From: Tannockella kyphosi
Lineage (GTDB): Bacteria; Bacillota_I; Bacilli_A; Erysipelotrichales; Coprobacillaceae
Length of the DNA: 32,000 nt
NCBI RefSeq assembly: GCF_021054785.1
Contig: NZ_CP088239.1
Location: forward strand, 240,001-272,000
Reading direction: 5' to 3'
Within the stretch, counting starts at the first letter, position 1, and each line of letters starts with the position of its first letter. Under the pieces are notes generated by a model, which was not told the DNA's origin, ran no database searches, and saw only the letters and a list, made by a program, of their open reading frames with translations. Position numbers and translations under genes: made by a program. This document shows, one piece after another, positions 25,222 through 32,000 of this stretch.

Positions 25222-25248
25222 CAAAACCCCAAGTTAATTTAAGCTACC
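25222..25248. repeat. IS terminal inverted repeat (promoter-proximal end)
   Basis: See 22765-22791. It abuts the right TAAAGAAT copy. Confidence 0.6.
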
Positions 25249-25256
25249 TAAAGAAT
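25249..25256. repeat. Target-site duplication, right copy (TAAAGAAT)
   Basis: Identical to 22757-22764. It forms the first bases of the terminator stem. Confidence 0.7.
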
Positions 25257-25276
25257 CAGCTTGGCTGATTCTTTTT
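25250..25276. terminator. Bidirectional terminator hairpin (originally shared by the NAP gene and the addBA-small ORF operon)
   Basis: 11-bp stem AAAGAATCAGC (25250-25260) pairs with GCTGATTCTTT (25264-25274) around loop TTG. The T-run extends to 25276 on the + strand. Confidence 0.7.
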
Positions 25277-25277
25277 C

Positions 25278-25523
25278 TTATATAACGTAAATTAATAGTA
25301 ATTTAATAGCACAAAGGATCCAAATTAAAATAATAAAATAAGGAAACCAAGGTAAGGATATAGTTTGTTTTGTTTTATTTTTATGATTTATATCATAAAA
25401 TAAAGCAACAATACTAGCTATTGCTAATGCGATTAGCGTAAAATTATCACTATTACGTGTAACAGTAAACAGCCATAATGCCCATGTTAGAATGATAATT
25501 ATTTTTGAACGAAGTAAATTCAT
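25278..25523 (-). CDS. Small (81 aa) three-helix membrane protein, co-transcribed downstream of addA
   Basis: RBS AAAGGAAG starts immediately after the addA stop, and the ATG lies 12 nt after that stop. Three hydrophobic segments. No family recognised. Confidence 0.5.
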   Translation of the reverse strand: MNLLRSKIIIILTWALWLFTVTRNSDNFTLIALAIASIVALFYDINHKNKTKQTISLPWFPYFIILIWILCAIKLLLIYVI

Positions 25524-25535
25524 TGTTCTTCCTTT

Positions 25536-28500
25536 CTAATTACTTACATATCGATTGATATGTAAGTAATATACAGTAGTTTTAATAGTATAGGATGGAT
25601 ATGCTTTTTCCATCATTTTACGATAATAGTTCATTTGTGGTAAATGAGCATTCATTAAAATATCATCGTTTGTATCTTCTTTTAAACGATCTGTTTTATA
25701 GTCAATAATATGGATGGTTTGATCTTTTATGCAAATTAAGTCAAAGATACCATGAATAATCTGTTTGTCATCATCAAGTAATGTAAAATGTTTTTCTTTA
25801 TAAATAACATCAGATAGTAATATTTCTTGATATAAATCACTTTCAAAGAATTTTTGAATATTGTTTTGATATTTTTCTATTACCGTTCTTTGTTTTTCAT
25901 TATAGTAAATATCACAAATATCATTTAATTGTTTCCCTAAATTCATTTCTTGTTTGAATTCTAACACTTCAAAAACATGATGCACCAAAGTCCCAGTTTC
26001 ACTAGCACTTAATAAAAGTTCTGCCTTTTTATCATAAGAATGATATTCTCTATTTCCATCTTCTATTTTACTAGTTACACCAATTGTTTTTTGCAGAGAT
26101 GTTGGATGAGGGTATTGGAATGCTTTTATACGATGATAGTGAGGATAATCAATGTTGGTTTTTATGTTCGATGTTGGCTTATATTCATCTAATATATAAT
26201 CAGGAATATAATCTACGAAGAATTTAGCGTGAGCAGTATTTGTGAAAACATCATTATCGGTAGGATATGTTTTTAGAGCTAATGCTTTTTGGTGCAATGT
26301 TTCTAAAATAGTATCATTTAGATGAACTAAATTTTCTTGAATGCATTGTTCGATAAAGTTGGGGTGACGAGCAATAGAAGCCATCATCCAATCTAAGTAT
26401 GTTTTTTGATCACGACAATTATCATACAATAAAATATTTTGGTCATCATGATGAATTACATCATCATTATTGTTGACAGCTCTATTTATATAAGTGATAA
26501 AATCTTGAGGTTCTTTGATACATCCTGTACATATTATTTTTTGAGAAGCACGAGTTAAAGCAACATATAAAATACGCATTTCTTCATTTACTATTTCATT
26601 TCTTATTAAGGTTGATAGTATTTTATGATAAGTATTCTCAAATTCATAGACTATTTTTCCTTGGAAAAGAAGCTCATGACTAAGGCGTGGTTTTGTTGTC
26701 ATACCGGCATTTCGATCAAATAACAAGCTTGCTTGTAAATCTAAAAAATTAAATTCTTTATGCATTTGTGAAACAAATACAATAGGATATTCAAGTCCTT
26801 TTGATTTATGAATAGTAGTAAAAGTGACTGCGTCATTTTTAGTTGATAATAAAACACCAGGTGATAATTTAACTTCTTGTTCTATTTGTTTTAAAAAATC
26901 TTGTACCATCATATAGAGGGTACCATTTTTATAGTTATCTGTTTTTTCTAATAGCAGTTCTAAATTTGCTACTCTTTGAACACCGTTAATAAGTGCAGAA
27001 ACAAATAACATATAGTGACTATCTTTTAAGAATTTAGAAAGTGTTTCATAACAAGAATGAGCTTTACTATAAGACTGTAACTCACTATGGTAAGCTAAGA
27101 AATCAGCAACCTTTTTATCTGGTTCTAATTCTTGATATTTTACTACCTTTTGATACATACTAGATGCTTCCACATCTTTTATTTTAACAATCCAATCTTC
27201 TTTAAATCCAGAGAACAGATAATTTCCAGTTAACAAGCTTGTAAAGGCAATATCATCATAAGGTTGATTAATTGCTTGCAAAGCATAGATACAATCAATT
27301 ACTTCTGGCGCAGTTAAGAAACCTTGTGAAAGAATCATATTGTTAGGAATTCCATAACGATCAAAAACCTTTTTAAAAGTAACAAACTGAGTAGTACTAC
27401 GCATTAAAACAACAATATCTTTATATCTAGTTACATACTTTTGACCATCTTGATCATCTAAATACATATTTTCCGTTAATTCTTTAATTCTTTTAGCAAC
27501 TAAAATAGCTTCATACTCTTCTTTTTGAACTTCATTAGAAGAAGTTTTACAAGTTAATAATACTTCCGTATGAAAACGATCTTCCTTTTTATAACGAGCA
27601 TTCACACAATTAGTAAGTGCTTCTAATTCACTTGTATCAGTCGCTTTTTCTTTACGTAAATAATCATAATTTAATTTAGCGCTATCATCTTTTAAATATT
27701 CTAAACCACCAATACGAGTATCCATAATTTGATTAAAAATATAATTAATACTATCAAGTACTACTTTATTAGAACGATAATTAAATAATAAATCAATTCT
27801 TTTAGTAGTAGGGTCATCATCAATATAACGATCATATTTTTCTTTAAAAATACGAGGATCTGCTTGTCTAAAACGATAAATAGATTGTTTCATATCTCCA
27901 ACCATAAAACAGGGTATAGAAGGATTTTGATAGTTTGCTATTTTAGATAGTAGTGTTTCTTGAATTTGATTTGTATCTTGATATTCATCAATCATAATTT
28001 CTTTTAATTTATGATACAATTCATCACTAACACCATATGATTTATCTAATAGTTTTAAAGCATATTTTTCTAAGTCATTAAAATCTAAAACATTTTCTTC
28101 TTGTTTATAAGTAGAAAAAGCTTTTTCAAATTCAACAACTAAAGATGAAAAATAATCAATAGCTTGCAAAGAAACTTCTAGTGTTTCACTAAATGCTAGT
28201 GGGTTTTCAAAAACATAACTTTGAAGACTTTTATAAAAGTCTGTACGAATAGCTCCTTTTTTAGTTGTATAATTCGATTTATAGGGGCTTGTATCTTCAT
28301 TCCAAGACATCTTACTAGCGTTTATTGGCTTTAAATTTGCTTTTAGTAATGCTTCTACACCTTCTGTTTCTAATAGCTTCTTACATGCTATATGCCAATC
28401 TAACAAACTTTGATAAGGTGTTGGTAGTACTTTTTTTTCAGTATCTGCCTTAGGATTTACAGTAAAATCACTAAGCCCATTCTCTAAACAAAATTGATGT

Positions 28501-29201
28501 AATTCAATAATTTTGTTATAAGCTAAAGAAAGTTTGTAAGCAACAATATCTTTTAAGATAGGATAATTCTTCCAATTAGAAAACTCATCTTTTTGAATCA
28601 TTGGATTATAGAAGTTTGCTTTCATTTCTTCCATGTATTCAACAAATTCATAAGTAGTAGTATATAAGGTATCTAATGCTAGAAAGTTTTCTCTAAACTT
28701 TGTAAAACGATATTCTGTATAATAGGTTTGGATAAATTCTTTAAAAGTACTATCTTTTACCCATTGATCAAGACATTGATCAAGTATTTTATTTTTAATA
28801 CCAGCATTATCGCTACATATTGTAAAATCACTAGATAATTCTAAAAGATAACCATATTGTTGTAATAATAAATTACAGAAACCATGGAAATTAGTAATAT
28901 AAGCAGCATCTAAATGATCTTTTTGTTTTAATAAGTGAGTTTTTACTTTTGGATCCGTACTATTTTTTATTTCAACTAACAAATCATTTTGTAAACGTTG
29001 TTTCATTTCATAAGCAGCTGGTTTTGTAAAGGTTAGTACTAATAATTGATCAATATTATAAAAATCATCTTTTAATAAAGATAAAATACGACGTACTAGA
29101 ATTTTTGTTTTACCAGAACCGGCAGGAGCACTGACTAAAATGGAGCAATCACGAGTATCAATTGCTTGTGCTTGTTCTTCATTAAATTCACTAGGCTTCA
29201 T
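25536..29201 (-). CDS. addA: ATP-dependent helicase/nuclease subunit A (AddA)
   Basis: UvrD-type helicase motifs (SAPAGSGKTKIL, DEYQDTN, TIHKSKGLEYP, VALTRA) and a C-terminal RecB-type nuclease motif (GIFDLI...IIDYKTD). RBS AGGAGG. It overlaps the addB 3' end by 11 nt. Confidence 0.9.
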   Translation of the reverse strand: MKPSEFNEEQAQAIDTRDCSILVSAPAGSGKTKILVRRILSLLKDDFYNIDQLLVLTFTKPAAYEMKQRLQNDLLVEIKNSTDPKVKTHLLKQKDHLDAAYITNFHGFCNLLLQQYGYLLELSSDFTICSDNAGIKNKILDQCLDQWVKDSTFKEFIQTYYTEYRFTKFRENFLALDTLYTTTYEFVEYMEEMKANFYNPMIQKDEFSNWKNYPILKDIVAYKLSLAYNKIIELHQFCLENGLSDFTVNPKADTEKKVLPTPYQSLLDWHIACKKLLETEGVEALLKANLKPINASKMSWNEDTSPYKSNYTTKKGAIRTDFYKSLQSYVFENPLAFSETLEVSLQAIDYFSSLVVEFEKAFSTYKQEENVLDFNDLEKYALKLLDKSYGVSDELYHKLKEIMIDEYQDTNQIQETLLSKIANYQNPSIPCFMVGDMKQSIYRFRQADPRIFKEKYDRYIDDDPTTKRIDLLFNYRSNKVVLDSINYIFNQIMDTRIGGLEYLKDDSAKLNYDYLRKEKATDTSELEALTNCVNARYKKEDRFHTEVLLTCKTSSNEVQKEEYEAILVAKRIKELTENMYLDDQDGQKYVTRYKDIVVLMRSTTQFVTFKKVFDRYGIPNNMILSQGFLTAPEVIDCIYALQAINQPYDDIAFTSLLTGNYLFSGFKEDWIVKIKDVEASSMYQKVVKYQELEPDKKVADFLAYHSELQSYSKAHSCYETLSKFLKDSHYMLFVSALINGVQRVANLELLLEKTDNYKNGTLYMMVQDFLKQIEQEVKLSPGVLLSTKNDAVTFTTIHKSKGLEYPIVFVSQMHKEFNFLDLQASLLFDRNAGMTTKPRLSHELLFQGKIVYEFENTYHKILSTLIRNEIVNEEMRILYVALTRASQKIICTGCIKEPQDFITYINRAVNNNDDVIHHDDQNILLYDNCRDQKTYLDWMMASIARHPNFIEQCIQENLVHLNDTILETLHQKALALKTYPTDNDVFTNTAHAKFFVDYIPDYILDEYKPTSNIKTNIDYPHYHRIKAFQYPHPTSLQKTIGVTSKIEDGNREYHSYDKKAELLLSASETGTLVHHVFEVLEFKQEMNLGKQLNDICDIYYNEKQRTVIEKYQNNIQKFFESDLYQEILLSDVIYKEKHFTLLDDDKQIIHGIFDLICIKDQTIHIIDYKTDRLKEDTNDDILMNAHLPQMNYYRKMMEKAYPSYTIKTTVYYLHINRYVSN

Positions 29202-32000
29202 TATCTGCTCCTCCTATCATTTGTGCATCTACTTTTTCTTTTGTTACCATTTGATCATCATTATAAAATAAATCATAACGACATAAACTACGATAACTAC
29301 AATATCCACAAGGATTAACTAATGAATCTGTAGTAGTGTTATAACTACGTTTTGGTTTTATTTCAATATTTCCTTCTGTCATCTTTTCATAAATTACTTC
29401 AATATGATAATGAATATATTCCATTAACTTACTAAAGTTTTCTTCATCCATTATCTTACCACTATACTCCGCTCTTGATTTAACATAGTTAACATCAATA
29501 ATAGATGACTTACCACCACTATTATCAATTTCTTCAATACTATCAGGATGGGTATAACCTTGCATTTTATATTCATCTAAGAAACTATCAAAATCTTCTG
29601 GCTCTAAAATATTCTTGGATTTTAATACACGTTTTTTTGTATTAAAATATAACGTAGCACCTGGTTTATTACCTGTCTGTTTTACTAACATATCCATGTA
29701 TAATAACATTTGAATATTAAATCCTTGCATTGCTAAAGATAAGTCTAATTCTTTATTACTTGATTTATAATCAATTACTTTAATAAAGTCATCGACAGTA
29801 TCAATACGATCAACAAAGCCTTTTAAAGTATATTGATCATAGGTATGTAACATTCTTTTTTCTGTTTCACTAATTTGATAATTTCCAGCTTGTATATGCA
29901 TACGAAGTACATAAATAGTAACCGCAATATCTTTTGGTAACATTTCTAAAAAGAATTTATTTTGTGCTATTTGTGCCTTTTTGTAGAGTGTATGATTTGT
30001 TAAAAGATAATCATTTATTTGTTCTTGTAGTTTTTCTACAAGATCATCTAAAGAAGTGGTTTTTGTTATTTGTTTGCTACTAAATAAATTTTTATTTACA
30101 TCCAATAAATGATGAACTAAACTACCAATTTCATTTGATTGAATCAAATGGTTTTCTCTAGCACGTAATTTAATAACATGTTGATAAAAGTATTTATAAG
30201 GACACCCATTATATACTTCTAATTGACTAGGAGAAAGTGTTTCAGGAGCAATGGATTGGATTGCTTCTGGTTGGTTATTGCTTTCCATAAATTGATAAAT
30301 AGAGGGATAAATAGATAGTTCTTTATCGATATTATTTGTTAAATGATAGTTTTGTGCTAATAGGGGATGAATTAATAATTTATTGCTATCAAGATATGGT
30401 AAGGTATATATCTTTTCAAGTTGATTTATAAGAGAAGATTTTAATAAAGTTTGTCCATCAATAGTAGATAATGCATAGCTTAAGATATATTTTGTAGGGA
30501 AATAACTAAATAATGGAATGATATTATTTTGTTCTTTTTTACTTTGATCAAAGGTAGTATCTAAATTTGGAATACCTACTCTTTGTTTGTTTAATAATAA
30601 ACTAACATCTTTCATTAATGGTGGTAATACTGTTTCATTGTTACCTACTAAATAAATATATTTACTACTTACTAAACCAGCATAAGGTTCATTGGAAGAA
30701 AATAAATGAATATGATCTTGCATGGTAGTATCTTTGTGTAATGTTATTGTTTTTTCTTGTAATAGAATACTATATTCTTTTAATTGAATAGGATATTCTT
30801 TTTTTAGTGTTTCTAAATATTTAATAAGCACCTTTTTATTTTCTGTAGAACTATAAAATTGTTCTACAAATAGAATAAGTTGAGAAGATATTTCTTGCAT
30901 TGTTTTTGCTTGTTTTAAAGGAGTAATGTAGTTTGTTAACCAATTCTCTTTTAAATTTATATAATCTTCATCTTCTATTGTATGTATATTTTGCCATTGT
31001 AATTTATATTGGTTATTTTTAGGTAAATAGACAACCTGCGTATCTAAAAAATTAATTAGATCTTGTTCCTTATTTGTATGAATATATTTTAAAAACATAA
31101 CTAAAGAAGGAATCATCGTATTATCTTTGTTTCTAACTACTTGATTAAAAGGAATAGAAAATAAAGTAAGTGTTTCTTGCAAAAGAGAAGCATAGCTACT
31201 ATTTGGATAGTAGATAGAAATATCTTTATATTGAATACCTTTTTCGATTACTAACTCTTGGATATGACAAACAATTGCTTGAATTTCATGGTTAGGAGTT
31301 GTTTGACAAAGAGCTTCAAAACAGGGGTTATTTTCTATTTTGTTTGTATCATTAGAAAATAGTTGTTTTGTTAAAGCATCACTATTAGAAGTTAAACAAG
31401 TACTATTTTGAATATATGGTTGATAGATGCTACTTGTTTGATTATCTGGATGGTAAGGAATAACCATTGTTACATTATTTGTTATGTCTATTTGTTCTAA
31501 GAGATGCATTGTTTTAGGGTTAAAAATAGTGGTGCTAAGAAATACATAATGAGTATGAATAGGACATTTTATTTGTTCAAAACAATCTAATACTTGGAAG
31601 TAATTTTCTTTTGGGATAGATGCTAAGAATTTATAATATAACTCAATAATCTGTGCTGTTTTTGGATCGTTCAGTGAATCTTGGATATCTTCTAATAAAG
31701 ATAGTTCTTGAAATAAGTGATAGAAATCTTTGCTGGTAGCTAAGGTAGTAGTAAATAGTGTATCTTCTTTTTTTAGTAATTCACGAATCATCATACGTGC
31801 TTCTAATGCTTCTATTTTTGTTTTTCTGATATGGTTGTAAGCTAGTAATTGATTAATAAATTGATTAAAATGCATGCATTCAATCGAAAAAAGAGTGGAA
31901 GTATATTGTAAACACATTTCTTCCATTGCTTCAAGATCATCACATATAAAAACAAATTGATCAAATGGCTTTGATTCAAGATGTTTTAAACAATCTTGAA
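29191..32000 (-). CDS. addB: ATP-dependent helicase/nuclease subunit B (AddB); N-terminus lies beyond the window
   Basis: The frame stays open upstream of the track Met at 31926 to the window edge (..QDCLKHLESKPFDQFVFICDDLEAMEE..). C-terminal nuclease motif VIDYKSS. Fe-S cluster cysteines (GCPYKY ... CGYCSYRSLC) are typical of AddB rather than RexB. Confidence 0.9.
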   Translation of the reverse strand, partial: QDCLKHLESKPFDQFVFICDDLEAMEEMCLQYTSTLFSIECMHFNQFINQLLAYNHIRKTKIEALEARMMIRELLKKEDTLFTTTLATSKDFYHLFQELSLLEDIQDSLNDPKTAQIIELYYKFLASIPKENYFQVLDCFEQIKCPIHTHYVFLSTTIFNPKTMHLLEQIDITNNVTMVIPYHPDNQTSSIYQPYIQNSTCLTSNSDALTKQLFSNDTNKIENNPCFEALCQTTPNHEIQAIVCHIQELVIEKGIQYKDISIYYPNSSYASLLQETLTLFSIPFNQVVRNKDNTMIPSLVMFLKYIHTNKEQDLINFLDTQVVYLPKNNQYKLQWQNIHTIEDEDYINLKENWLTNYITPLKQAKTMQEISSQLILFVEQFYSSTENKKVLIKYLETLKKEYPIQLKEYSILLQEKTITLHKDTTMQDHIHLFSSNEPYAGLVSSKYIYLVGNNETVLPPLMKDVSLLLNKQRVGIPNLDTTFDQSKKEQNNIIPLFSYFPTKYILSYALSTIDGQTLLKSSLINQLEKIYTLPYLDSNKLLIHPLLAQNYHLTNNIDKELSIYPSIYQFMESNNQPEAIQSIAPETLSPSQLEVYNGCPYKYFYQHVIKLRARENHLIQSNEIGSLVHHLLDVNKNLFSSKQITKTTSLDDLVEKLQEQINDYLLTNHTLYKKAQIAQNKFFLEMLPKDIAVTIYVLRMHIQAGNYQISETEKRMLHTYDQYTLKGFVDRIDTVDDFIKVIDYKSSNKELDLSLAMQGFNIQMLLYMDMLVKQTGNKPGATLYFNTKKRVLKSKNILEPEDFDSFLDEYKMQGYTHPDSIEEIDNSGGKSSIIDVNYVKSRAEYSGKIMDEENFSKLMEYIHYHIEVIYEKMTEGNIEIKPKRSYNTTTDSLVNPCGYCSYRSLCRYDLFYNDDQMVTKEKVDAQMIGGADNEA

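Larger units (their letters stand above)
22765..25248 (-). mobile_element. ISL3-family insertion sequence, 2484 bp, two ORFs, apparently intact
   Basis: It has an ISL3-type transposase, imperfect terminal inverted repeats starting GG (16 of 27 matches) and an 8-bp direct repeat, the duplication size established for ISL3. Removing the element restores a stop codon followed by a terminator. Confidence 0.8.

Noticed and set aside
1-32000. Scan for tRNA or rRNA genes, CRISPR repeats, tandem repeats, toxin-antitoxin pairs and known defence-system gene sets.
   Set aside because: I found no regularly spaced direct repeats, no tRNA-like T-arm or acceptor patterns, no rRNA-like segments, and no small adjacent ORF pairs or defence-type domains beyond the housekeeping AddAB.

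Overview
AT-rich, low-GC Firmicutes-type chromosomal segment, possibly an anaerobic Erysipelotrichia- or Clostridia-like organism. That placement is a guess from gene content, with no search run. About 70% of the window (1-22759) is a + strand run of conserved housekeeping genes: a PHP phosphatase (partial), pth-mfd, a PNPOx-like flavoprotein, yigZ (-), desulfoferrodoxin, an orphan membrane protein, comFA-comFC, secA-prfB, a yitT-family gene, ftsE-ftsX, a PgsA-like CDP-alcohol phosphatidyltransferase with a coupled unknown ORF, gpmI, a thioredoxin-like putative lipoprotein, a zinc-ribbon membrane protein, hisC, yaaA (-) and an NA37-type nucleoid-associated protein. The right third is on the - strand: addB (partial), addA and a small membrane ORF. 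The two blocks converge on the only clearly accessory DNA, a 2.48-kb two-ORF ISL3-family insertion sequence (22765-25248). It sits exactly on the stop codon of the nucleoid-associated protein gene and is flanked by an 8-bp duplication, TAAAGAAT. I saw no rRNA, tRNA, CRISPR array or recognisable multi-gene defence or secondary-metabolite system, and I do not claim a convincing new system. The leads most worth a second look: (1) the IS architecture, with a Cys-rich accessory ORF, a coupled 21-codon uORF and a triplicated subterminal 13-bp motif; (2) no TGA stop in any of 27 CDS calls (16 TAA, 11 TAG), together with a prfB that has no programmed frameshift; (3) a terminator-like hairpin inside the first 15 codons of prfB; (4) a 64-residue N-terminal extension on SecA; (5) a lipoprotein-like gene whose signal peptide is encoded only if translation starts at a non-canonical ATT/ATA codon. 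All homology calls come from reading the translated ORFs and recalling family motifs. No database was queried.
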